From contig OX597815.1 in assembly GCA_951406725.2 (NCBI GenBank), positions 70,680,001 to 70,744,000 on the forward strand: a stretch of DNA of 64,000 nt. Direction: 5' to 3'. The notes under the pieces are model-generated. The model was not told the origin of the DNA. It searched no databases and was given only the letters and a program-made list of their open reading frames with translations. Position 1 is the first letter of the stretch; each line of letters starts with the position of its first letter. The position numbers and the translations under genes were made by a program. This stretch comes from Octopus vulgaris. Its lineage: Eukaryota. Shown here piece by piece: positions 12,351 to 23,985 of this stretch.

Positions 12351-12812
12351 ATGGCGGCAGTGTGAAGCAAAACTGTGTTTCTAGTTGTAAACAGTGCTAT
12401 TATAGTTGTTTTATTTTTCCTCGATTCTTTCAAATATTCGACTTAATATATAGCAGTATGAATATTCTTTCGTATCTAAAGTTTAGAAGACATAACATTA
12501 ATATATATTCTTGTAATTTAAAGTTTCATTGAAGCCTATCGACAACCTAACACAGTGACAACATCTTATATTAATGATAATAATATTGGCAAGATACTCG
12601 TAACAGATGTTTAATCTTCCTGAAACATTAACTCGAAGTCCATAATTTAATTCCATGGCCTTAGAAAGTTAAGTTTTTATTTGTAAACCAGACAGCAAAG
12701 CAGTTAAAGCACACCGAAGAAACACATAAGATGTTGACAAGCTGCCATTTTGACACATAGAGAGCATGAGCGTTCTGTGTTTACTGCTACGTCGGCGCGT
12801 TGTGTATTTATA
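12351..12812 (+). promoter_or_regulatory. H1 promoter (locus 1): YY1-like site, TG box, H1/AC box, TATA
   Basis: ATGGCGG 12351; TGTGTTTCT 12374; AAGAAACACA 12717-12726 (canonical H1 box); GCCATTTT 12744; CTACGTCGGCGCG 12787; TATTTATA 12805. Confidence 0.85.
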
Positions 12813-12911
12813 GCAAGTGTGTTATGGTGTGACGTATTATTATTCAACTCGTCCTATCAATTATCACGCAGATTTTTGTGTTCACCGTCGACTTTACCGA
12901 CCAAAACCAAT

Positions 12912-13454
12912 ATGACTGAAACTGCAGCACCCGCTCCTGCTACCCCTAAGGTGAAGAAAGCTGCCAAAGCTAAGAAACCTTCAACTCACCCGGGTTACAG
13001 CGAAATGGTTAAACAAGCTATTACAAGTTTGGGCGATAAGAACGGTTCCTCTCGTCAGGCCATTGTCAAATACGTTCTGAAGAATTTCAAACTGTCGGCT
13101 AATGAGAAAGCTGCGACTATCCAGACTAAGATGGCTTTGAGGAGAGGTGTTGCTAGTGGAATGTTGAAACAATCGAAAGGAACTGGAGCTTCAGGGTCAT
13201 TTAAAATCGGTCCTAAGAAAGAGGGGAAAAAAGTGAAAGCCAAGAAATCCACAAAACCCAAAGTCAAACCAAAAGCTGCCAAGAAGCCAGCAAAGAAGCC
13301 TGCCGGCAAAAGCAAGAAAGTTAAGAAACCTCGGACTGCCAAACCTCAAAAGAGCAAGTCTCCGAAGAAAGCTGCTGCCAAGAAAGTTACTAAACCAAAG
13401 AAGGTTACCAAACCCAAAAAGACTAAAAGTTCTAAAAAGGCCGCTAAGAAGTAA
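12912..13454 (+). CDS. H1: Linker histone H1 (180 aa; H1-delta/H1.0-like variant), intronless
   Basis: MTETAAPAPA start; winged helix HPGYSEMV..AI..L....GSSRQAI.KY...KQSKGTGASGSFKI; Lys/Ala/Pro-rich tail. Confidence 0.97.
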   Translation: MTETAAPAPATPKVKKAAKAKKPSTHPGYSEMVKQAITSLGDKNGSSRQAIVKYVLKNFKLSANEKAATIQTKMALRRGVASGMLKQSKGTGASGSFKIGPKKEGKKVKAKKSTKPKVKPKAAKKPAKKPAGKSKKVKKPRTAKPQKSKSPKKAAAKKVTKPKKVTKPKKTKSSKKAAKK

Positions 13455-15029
13455 AAACTTTATCAACAAAATCATGCTCATTACATCCACCCCCATTTCA
13501 ATATTTATTAAGAGACAATGTAAATATTAATGTACAGACATTTTAAGGAGGGTTTTCCTCCTGCATTCTATGGTAATTTCATCCCGCAATTAAGTCCTTG
13601 ATTTGTATTATTCACATCGGGGTCTTCGACCACGACATCATTCTGTAAATATAATCATATAAAATGTTTTCTTTTTTATCTTAAACGGTTTTCTGGTTAT
13701 TTTTTGTCCTTTTCATTTATTTTCACCGTGCATTAGGCGCGAAATCGATTTTTGTATTACAGCTCTTTGTTTGGGTTTATATTTGTTTTTCAGGTTCCGC
13801 GCTTTGGGGCATCTGCCCGTCTTTTATAATGCACCGTTTTCGATAAAAAAAAATTGCCATCTTACTAACCGAAAAACTTCATGAAAGTGGTTGGTGCCCG
13901 ATTATCGCGCAAATTAAGATTGTTATCAGCGTAAAGTTTTGCTATCGAGATTTTTTTTTTCAGCGGTATTGACACTTAGTAATATTTTTAAGATGTTAGA
14001 GTGCAGTTTTTATCAATAAATTATTGCTGTTCCAGTACATATTCCAAACTCCTAATTGAAGCTACAATGGAAGGCCACCCCTGCCACTATGGAAACATTA
14101 AAAGGAATGCGCATATTGTATTGATTCTTCCAGAAAACTGAACGCTGTGATACGTCAATTATATTGTAAAACACTACTCTAGTGTCTCTGATTTCGAAGA
14201 AATTTTCACCCGTGGATGGTAAGAGAAGATGCTTCGAATCCGGTTTTTACGCACGCAGAAATAAAAATAGGAACGCACGTAAATCTCGACCGGAGACGGT
14301 TGCCTGTCGAAAAGAAAAACTGGTTTTTAGAACAACGTATTACTTGGTGAAATTAGCCTCCACCCTCCGAGAATTCTGAAATTTTTTTGTCATCCGTTTT
14401 TACACGCTCGGTTTTCCAACATTGATCATTTGTCATCGCTTTCCTGAAATTGACTTCTCCCCATGTCCTACAGGTTCTTTCCACTGGAACCTGTCCCGTG
14501 TTAAAACATTACACAACCAATAGAGCGTGTTTACATTTCCTTTCTAGTACTTCGGTATTCGCTACCGTATATAAACAAGCAACATAGTCTGCCCTTCCCT
14601 CCAAAAAGAAACAACCGTTGACAGCTAGTAAACAAACTTGCGAGCCTCCCGCGTATTTTTTCTTTTTGTAGTGGTGTGGATTATGATTTGATGTTGGTGC
14701 TATTTCGGATAAACTTGAATTCTGAAAAAGTATCAAATTTCCCTCCATGCATTTATTTAAGATGTGATTTTATCCAATAGAAGCTTTAGAAGGCGACTGT
14801 TTCCGTGGGAGCGGCATACACGGAACATTTACGAGTTGTGATCTAGAAATTGCAGTTAAATCTTAGTTGTACCGAGCTCATGAAAACAGCTCCCAGAGGT
14901 CGATATGTACATCCTCGGTGGTTACTATATGAAAGTGCAGTGTAGATAACGATACTGATGTTCTTTCTTCCCTCTAACAAGCCTTGTGAAACAATATTAC
15001 CATTGGGAGAAAGTTTATTAGTATCGATC

Positions 15030-15246
15030 GAGATGGCAGAAACGTTAGCGCGCCGAGCGAAATGCTTAGCGGTATTTCGCTTGTCGTTACGTTGTGAGTT
15101 CAAATTCCGCCGAGGTCGACTTTGCCTTTCATCTTTTCGGGGTCGATAAATAAAGTACCAATTTCGCACTGGGGTCGATGTAATCGTCTTAATCCCTTTG
15201 TTTGTCCCCTCTATGTTTAGCCCCTTGTGGGTAGTAAAGAAATAGA
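15030..15246 (+). mobile_element. tRNA-derived SINE, family 2
   Basis: TGGCAGAAACGTTAGC...GAGTTCAAATTCCGCCGAGGTCGAC; further copies at ~17735, 27471, 60040, 62558. Confidence 0.8.
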
Positions 15247-15371
15247 TATAAGGGCCAGTAAATATTTCGTGGCGATTTTGATAGAATATATATGGAGATT
15301 GACTTGTTATTACAACTCAACAAGTGGAGATCAGTTGTGCTTGTCTCGGCATGGATAAATGGTTGTGGGCG

Positions 15372-16505
15372 GAGGTAACGACATTGGTCCGCACCCCGCC
15401 CTATTTTTTCCTGGAATCCCACTATATCGAGTGCAGAGATTACAAATCTACATTTCAAAATTTAAGTCCCTCCGCCTAAATTTTCACTTTTAAAGAAAAA
15501 AATTTTTTTTGGCAAATTCATAGAAAAATACGAAGACTACAATGCTGAAAAGAAATTGTTTCAATTTTTCAAAATAAAATAAACACCTTCCCTATTGCAA
15601 GAAGTTGAAATTAAAGTGTTTTCTCTACTAATGTTTCATGACGAACGTAACGTGGTCAGGGTCTTCTGGAATTAAGAGAGGTATGTAAAAATTAGATTTG
15701 CTCACATGCAACACGACTCTATTTGTTTCAGTCATTTGACTGCGGCCATACTGGAGCACCGCCTAGTCGAGGAAATCGACCCCAGGACATATAAGACTAG
15801 TACTTATGCTATCGGTCTCTGCCGAACGGCTAAGTTACGGGGACGCAAACACCAGCATCGGTTGTCAAGCGATGTTGGGAGGACAAACACGTATACACAT
15901 ACGACAGGCTTCTTTCAGTTTCCGTCTACCAAATCCACTCACAAGGCTTTGGTCGGCCCGAGGCTATAGTAGAAGACACTTGCCCAAGGTGCCATGCAGT
16001 GGTACTGAACCATGTGGTTGGTAAACAAGCTACTTACAGCCGCTCCTGCACCTGACATTAAAAAAATTTTTTTCTCTTGGTAATTCGTACTTAGTTGATC
16101 TTCGGTTTGGCTGTTTCTAGCTTATCAGATTTCCGGTTGGGGCGGATTTAAATTCTGAATTCTTTTTCTTTGGTAATTCGTATTAAAATTTTGAAAACGT
16201 TTCTAGCATGTCATTTTTCTGTTCTTATTCTATGCATGCACGAAACAGAAACTTGTCATAGGGTAGAGGGGAGGGGGTGTTTATTTTTTTTGAAAAATTG
16301 AATTTTATAAAATTCTTTTTTCAGAATCATAATCTCCGTATTTTTTCGCATATTACGCAAAGAAAAAAATGTAGGGAAAATTTAAGAAAGTTTTAGATGG
16401 TGGGGGGATAATGCAGATTATTTTACAGATTCGGAATCTCTGCACTCGATATAGTGGGTTCCTGTGAAAAAAAAAAATCTCAAAGGGGGTGCGGCACCTC
16501 CACCC
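15372..16505. mobile_element. Long-TIR MITE copy A, containing a family-1 SINE (~15713-16035, minus)
   Basis: ~220-bp degenerate inverted arms (CCCACTATATCGAGTGCAGAGATT vs AATCTCTGCACTCGATATAGTGGG); core shared with copy B. Confidence 0.7.
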
Positions 16506-16866
16506 TTTTTTATATGATGTAGCTGAGGATGATTTGACTGCTATTTCTAGCAGGTCGAGACATTTCTGGTATATTCGGTAATAGAGGCTTCAGTTGACTA
16601 AAATTACATGATTTGGCAAACTGTGATTTTCGTCATTAGCATGCGAAACTTACATCAAAACTTGAGGCGGTTGGAAGAAATTTAACAAGATCTTCCACCT
16701 CTTTAAAATGAATATAAGTACAGTTTTGCAAATACGTTTTCAATGGTGTAAAACTTACCCAGTGCCCCACTCTTTAATAACAAAAAGTCTAGTACCATCA
16801 ACATTTTTTAAAATATAGAAACAGTTTTCAGTTACCTGGCTGATGGATACATTGACTCAATAGTGA

Positions 16867-17688
16867 GCGGAGGTAAAGGACATGGACTGCACCCCCTTTC
16901 GGGGAGTTTTTTTTCTATAGAAACCCACTTTTTTATTGCGGAGATTCCGAATCTACAAAGAAATCCGCATTTCAAAATTTTAATCACCCTTCTGAAAAAA
17001 AATTTTTTTTTTAATTTCAATTTTTCAAAAATAAATAAACACCCTCTGTCAGCACATCTGTGACAGAAAGTGAACATGTGGTTGAGGGTCTTGGAATTAA
17101 GAGAGGTAGATAAAAATTAGCTTTTTGCACACATGACAACAAAATGGCATTTTATAAAAATTCTTTTTGGTAATTCGCATTTAGAAAGTGGATCTTCGGT
17201 TTGGCTCTTGTTTCTAGCTTGTTGGACTTTCCTGCTGGAGCGTACTTATAAATTGAAGATTTTGAAAACCCAAAAAACATGCTTTCAAAATTTTAATTTT
17301 CTCTCTCTCCTCCTGGCAAAGTTAAAAATGGGGTGGGGGAAATTAATATTTTGAAAACTTGATTCATCGTTTAGCTGCTGTTTCTAGCTTGACAAGTTTT
17401 CTGTTTAGATACTCTTTTTATGTCTCCTATTTTAGTAGGCGGGGAGGGGTGTTTTTATTTTTTTCGCTAAGTTGAAATCTTACCAAATTTATTTTTTCAG
17501 AATCATTGTCTCTGTATTCTACGTATTTTGCCAAAAAAATTTCTAAAAGAAGTGAAAAACTGAGGGGTGGATTAAAATTTTGAAATGTTGACTTTTTTCT
17601 TTTGCAGATTTGGAATCTCTGCTGTCAAAAGTGGATTTCTATAGAAAAAACTCAAAAGGGAGTGCAGTTCATGTCCTTTACCTCTGCC
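16867..17688. mobile_element. Long-TIR MITE copy B
   Basis: GCGGAGGTAAAGGACATGGACTGCAC ... GTGCAGTTCATGTCCTTTACCTCTGCC inverted ends. Confidence 0.75.
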
Positions 17689-17734
17689 ATTTTCTGCTGC
17701 TTTTATAAACACTTGACACTGGACAATAGATATT

Positions 17735-17950
17735 CTTTTCTACTCTAGGCACAAGGCCTGAAATTTTTGGGGAGTGGGGTCCAGTTGATTAGATTGATAT
17801 CAATATGCAACTGATACTTAATTTATTGACCCTGAAAAGATGAAAGGCTAAGTCAACCTCGGCAGAATTTGAATTCAACATATAGACAGATGAAATGCCG
17901 CTAAGCATTATGCCCGGCGTGCTAACATTTCTGCCAGCTCGCTGCCTTAT
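17735..17950 (-). mobile_element. SINE family 2
   Basis: Reverse complement of the family-2 head. Confidence 0.7.
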
Positions 17951-18729
17951 TTGACAATAGATATTGAAACAAACAAATGCAGATACCTGACTCGGTACGC
18001 TGACTGGTTGTAGCTACATCAATTCTTATGGTTTAAGTATAAATATTGCATGGCAATGTTGTTTTTTTTTCATTTGAATAACAAGATAGTCTTAGAGTTG
18101 ACAAGTGTGTGCTCAAGTCACTTGCAAAAATTTTCACAACCCACTCAAATGCATGCTCCATCCCAATTTTCCCACGCCCCACTGGTGGTGCATATACCTC
18201 AGGCTGAGGTCAAATTTTATGTCTGGTTGGGAGTGAAAGTCTTGCCATGATTTTGACTTCAAAGTACAGGTATAGGTACTTATATGAAGAACATTTTAAA
18301 ACTTTATTTTCATTATAAGATGCAGAACTTAAAATAGTGCATGCTATTTTATGATAAATAGAGCAGGAAATATAAATTTTTATTAATTATATAACTTGTT
18401 CTTAATCTCAGAACACCCATTGTCTCGTGATTTGACAAGTGCTATTATGTGGGTTCATTCCAAATTTGCTGGACCTCTGCTTAAAACACTACACCTAGCT
18501 TGGCTGGACTGAGAGATATACCATGAGTATGTGTTTGTATCTGAGTTGTACATATTAGGATTAGAGCTTTTTGCTGATTTTAACATTTAGTTTTTCTTTC
18601 TTCTGATCTTTGATCCATAACCAGAACAGTTTAGTGTTAAATGGGACAGATTTAACATGGCACCTGGGGAGACTGTATATATGTGTATTGATGACATTGT
18701 AAAATACAAAAAATGTAACATTGCAGACT

Positions 18730-18880
18730 GCTGGGCTGTGTGGTAAGAAGCTTCCCAACCACTTGGTTCAGGTTTAGTCGCACTGGGTGGTACCTTGGGC
18801 AAGTGTCTTCTAGTATAGCCTAGGGCTGACCAAAGCCTTGAAAGTGGATTTGGTAGATGGAAACTGAAAGAAGCCTGTTG

Positions 18881-18929
<49 letters not shown>

Positions 18930-19112
18930 TTGTCATCCCATCACCTCTTGACAACCAGTGCTGGTGTGTTTACATCCCTGTAACTTAGTGGTTTAGTAAA
19001 ACAGGCCAATAGAATAAGTACCAAAGTACTAGGGTCGATTCATTCAACTAAAATTCTTCAAAGATGGTGCCCCAGCATGGCTGCAGTCTAATGACTGAAA
19101 CAGGTAAAAGAT
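18730..19112 (+). mobile_element. SINE family 1
   Basis: Similar to 11091-11465. Confidence 0.75.
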
Positions 19113-19309
19113 TAATCAAAAAAGAAATATATATATGTGCTATTTGCTAAGCTACATAATTCTACACTTAATTTAAACTGAAAGGAAAAGATTTTGTACC
19201 AACATTAAATTAGGGTGTATTAAATACAGTATATATGCACACATTTAAATTATGTAGTTCAATGAGCAAGTATTTCAGCTGATTACTAAGTTATTAGCAC
19301 ACCATTTTG

Positions 19310-19890
19310 CATCCAGTCACTGAACAGTGGCCAAGCTGGGGCACTTCTTTGAAGGGTTCCAGTCAAATAAATCAACCCCAATTTTAAAATTTATTATTCT
19401 ATTGGTTTCTGCTGAATGCAGTTTTGGGGGGTGTAAATGAAAACCATTTGTCAAGCAGTAGTGGGTGACATATATATATATATATATATGTACACACACA
19501 GACACACATATGGGGTTCCACTACCAAATTCACTTGCAAGACATTAGACAGCCTGGAGATATAGCAGAAAGCACATGCCCAAGGTGTTGCAGAGTGGGAC
19601 TGGTCTCCAAACAACATGGCTGTAAAGCTCCTTAACCATATAGCCATGCCTGCATCCATGCACACACACACACTATATATATATATCCCTCTCTCTCTTT
19701 CGGAGAGGCACTGAGCAGCTATACGCACACATACACACACAGCAGTAACTCCCACCTACCGAATTCAATCACAAAGCTCCGGTCGGCTCAGGGCTATAGT
19801 GGAAGACACCTACCCAAAGTGCCACGCAGTGGGACTGAACCCGAAACCATGTAGATAAGAAGCAAGCTCCCTAACCACACAGCCATGCCC
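19310..19890 (-). mobile_element. Two decayed family-1 SINEs
   Basis: Reverse-complement similarity to 11091-11465. Confidence 0.65.
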
Positions 19891-19983
19891 GAGGGTGAAA
19901 GATTGATATTAATTTAATAATACCATTAATTTAACACCGAGTGGCTTAGCACAAAAAACTACGGAGAAAATACAAATTTATAC

Positions 19984-20113
19984 ATAAATTATTAGAGAGT
20001 TAACCACTATGTGGATAACTCTAGTGCTAAAAATAGCCCCGATAGTATATACTATCGGGGCTATTTTTAGCACTAGAGTTATCCACATAGTGGTTAACTC
20101 TCTAATAATTTAT
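19984..20113. repeat. Perfect 130-bp spacer-less palindrome
   Basis: Centre GATAGTAT|ATACTATC at 20048/20049; arms match base for base. Confidence 0.95.
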
Positions 20114-22042
20114 ATATATATTATATATAGAGATATATATATAGAAGAGATACAGCTAATCTCTATATAGAATACTTAGTAGTGCTCAAAAGGTTTAAAC
20201 TTGAACAAGTAGAGGAGTAAATGTAAGGATAAGCAAGTTGGGCTTATCTTTACTGATGATAGTAGCTACTCACATGACATATCTTAATGCACTTGTAAAA
20301 GATAGTGGAGGACTATGATTGCATGTATGGCTCTATGGGTAATAAGTTAGCTTTGTAACCACATTGTCCCAAGTTTGATCACTTGAGAGTGGAACAGAGT
20401 GTGAACATTTCCAAGAAATATTTCAAATGTGGTTATAGGTCTAGGGAGTCACATTCGTTATAAAATTTATTGCAAAAAACAAAATGGTCCATTTAATTCT
20501 ATCATGTTTTTTTTTCCATCCTTTTTTCATATACACTCTGTAAAATCACGGGCATGCTCTAACTTCTGGCTCACAGGCATGCTGTCTTCTCTTCCTACTT
20601 TTTCAACTATTTCTGTAATAGCCTCTACTCTTCAAAAGTAGCTGAGATGATATCATCTTCACTCAAGCATTCTCAGCCCACTTCTCTCTCCTCCTCCCAT
20701 CCTCCTTGTATCCACTCCCCGCTCCACAGATCTCACACTAATCACTATACTCAGTCCATTCTTCCCAGAACATCAACTGCTGCTGGAATTCCTTTCTAAT
20801 GTCTTTCCCACTGTCGTTGATTTACAAAAGTTCAAGAAGAATATTAATGGCATCAATTTCACCAGTTTTCAAGGAACTACAAACAACATGGACAGTGCTC
20901 TCTCATCCAGAACTGGCAGAAGGAAAGAAGAAAAAAAGCTAGCATTTTCATCATAAGTAATTTTACCCTGAAACATTTTTCTATTCATGATTCTGTCCAC
21001 ATATATGTGTGTGTGTGTATGAATTATACCACTTTTCAGTTCCCCACATAACCCACCCCTTACATTGCTTGTAAAGTGTGAGTATTCATGTAACTCTTTT
21101 ACAAAGAATCTGCTCATATTTTATACATTTCTACTCTTTCTCTGAGTATAAAGTCCTCCCCTGCCTATTCAGGAACCGCACTTGTGCAAGCTGCATAGTG
21201 ACCCCACTAGTGCTGGTGCCATGCAGAAAGCACATAATACACACTGTACACATTAGGAAGGATATCCAGCCTTAGAAACCATGCTAAACAGAGTTTGATA
21301 CATTCCTTGAACGCACCGAATTCTGTCAAACCATTTAACCTATGCCAACAAGGAACATAATCGTTAAATAGTGATCATAATGATGAATTCTGGTCATTGA
21401 AAATGGGTTGAAATTTCTTTTTAGAACAATTACAATCACTATTTCTACCCTTTAATTATATTTTGCTTATCTTCAATTAGCTTTGCTTTCTTAATATATT
21501 TTTACTTAACATTTCTTACCATTTCTGTTAACCAAAATTTTTCTTTTTGCATGAGAAGTAGTCACATATTTTAAGCTGGGTTTTGAACCAAGTTTACTTG
21601 CAGGGGTTTTCTCCAAGATAAGATCATCAGTGGTAAATATATATACTTGTATGTACACACACATATATATTTGCAAACACACACACACACACACATATAT
21701 ATATAAATGATATATACATACATATATGTACATACCTACATATATATGTATATATACATATACAGGTTTCAGCATGTGTTGTCTTAAGGAGGGAAATGGG
21801 CAGAAAGATAGATTTCCTTTCATCACGTGTCAGCGAGGAAAGAGTCAAGGAGGAAGAGTGAGAGAGAGAGGAGAAGAATAAGGAAGGGAGGGAGAGAAAA
21901 GCAGAAAGGATAAAGAACAAGAGAGGGAGAGAGATAGACAGAGAAGAGATAGTTGTGGTAGAAGAGTACGCATCGTAATTATTAAGATAAGGATGTATAT
22001 ACATATATATGTAGGTATGAACATATATGTGTGTATATATGC

Positions 22043-22091
<49 letters not shown>

Positions 22092-22322
22092 ATGGTTGTA
22101 TACTGCCAATCTAACACGAACGTGACAGTAGGGGGCGGGTACACCACCGCTGTTTAACCCTAGGAAGCATCGACGCCTCCTGATGGCTTTGACACATTTT
22201 TCCTGTCTCTACGAGAGATTTAGAAATTTAATATTTCTGATTTTGATAATCAGTGAATAGACTTCACTGAAATTTAGATATATACATTACGAAGTCGAGG
22301 CAAATATCAACAGCTGACCGGT

Positions 22323-23914
22323 TTTTTTTTTTTGTTGTTTGGTATCGGAAATTTTGATTACGTTATTGTTGTATCGCGGTTGTGAGATCGAATTCGTTGG
22401 TGGAAGCGGTTGCGGCGTGGGAAGTTTTTTGGAGGTTTTTCTCGAAAATACAAACCCAAACGTATGCGGGAGCAGCAGGCAAGGGCCTGGCTGCGAGCGA
22501 ACTGCAGTTGGAAGAAGTTATCGTAGAGAAGGAGATTTTGAAGAAATATTCCGACAGCTTGAAAAAGGAAGGTGACTGTGTGAGGGTCACACCACCTGAA
22601 GAAGAAGCGAAAGAAGCAGAGAAACGCATTATAACATACAGAACGTGGAGCGTGGCTTCAAAGAAAATAGAAGTGGCAGAAACGGAGGAAATAGAGAGGT
22701 GTCTGCAGGGAATTGAAGGAGAAACTACCTACTACAACAGAGGTAGAAAATACGCAACAGTAGTCGTCCACTTTTAAAACGAAGACGAAGCGAAAAGGAA
22801 TGCCACGAAAATTTTGAAAACAGAAAGATGGGTGTTATTACCAAGCTATTGCGGAAAAAGGGCAGTAAGGATACGAATCAGTAAGATTTCGCCGGAGCTG
22901 AATATGGAAAGAATTTTAGTGGAAAGGTCAAAAGAAGTAAAGTGGTGGGGTTATGCGGTGCAGGTTTTGGTTCATATAACCATGCCAGACCTGTACAACA
23001 TCCCGGAGGAGTTGGTGTTCCCCGACGAGACACGTCTCAGAGTCGTGGTGGAGGGGAGACCCCCAGTGTGTTAAATATGTAAAATTAGAGGCCACATGAA
23101 GGATGTGTGTCCGAGAAAAAGAGTACAGGAGGAGACGATAACATTGGAGGCTCGGACGGAGGAGTTGCAAATGGCGGATGTGGAGGAGGAATGTGTGAAT
23201 GCAGAGGATGTGGAAAGTGGTGACGAGTTGGAGAAAGAAAAGGTAAGAACAGATGATAGAAAGAGAACGAGGGTGGAATCACCACCTAAAGTTCAAAAAA
23301 AGAAAAAAAAACAAAAAAAGACAACAGACGAAATGGAAGATCGAACGTGCGAAGAGAGAGATGCAGAAGCGAAAGCAAGTGAACCGGCAAAATTAACGGC
23401 AGACCAAGAATGGGAAAGAAGAGTGGAAGAGCAGTTAAAAGTATGTAAGGAAGGAGGAAGACCCGAAGGAAAAAATCTTAAAGTAGTAATATTGTATATG
23501 AAAAACAAAGAAATCGAAAAGAGGCTGGCAGGTAAGAAAGGTTTAATCAGGGTTAGGTTGAACCCAAAAATATTTGATGACCAAGTGAAGTCGGCGGTCG
23601 TAGAGAAAGAGACATTGATGAAATTGAAAAGTGTGTTTTTCGCTGTATATGAATTGTATTATATACATTATGACACTTTGCCAGCTGTTGTAGACAGGGA
23701 GGATTTGATAAATACATTACAGATGAACGCCCGGCGTAGCAGAATTGTATTTAAATGAAACTACGAGTTTTGGGGGCTCGTAAGCCATTCCATTTAATTC
23801 ATTACAAATAATTCATTTTCATATCATATTTTTCAATTTTTTTATTATATGTACCCCATGTCCTGTATTGTAATGTCCCCTCTTATAGGCCATTGTGCCT
23901 ATAATAAAGATTTA
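22323..23914 (+). mobile_element. ORF1-only L1/Tx1-like non-LTR element; ORF1 22382-23758 has two in-frame stops
   Basis: TSD ATCAACAGCTGACCGG (22306, 23915); three ORFs in one frame; VVVEGRPPVC*ICKIRGHMKDVCP CCHC knuckle; 3' hairpin TTATAGGC..GCCTATAA followed by AATAAA; no RT or endonuclease. Confidence 0.75.
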
Positions 23915-23940
23915 ATCAACAGCTGACCGGTGTCTGCTAG

Positions 23941-23985
23941 TCTAGGCCGACAAAGGACAATCATCCTGAAACACGTGTCCCTAGA
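23941..23985 (+). ncRNA. Type I hammerhead ribozyme with a degenerate core
   Basis: Stem I TCTAGG/CCTAGA; core CCGACAA (consensus CTGANGA); stem II AGGA/TCCT; GAAA; palindromic CACGTG; GTC site. Confidence 0.7.

Noticed and set aside
12750-12911. 54-aa N-terminal extension of H1 in the ORF track
   Set aside because: Starts at a non-ATG codon upstream of the TATA box; MTETAAPA at 12912 is the typical H1 start
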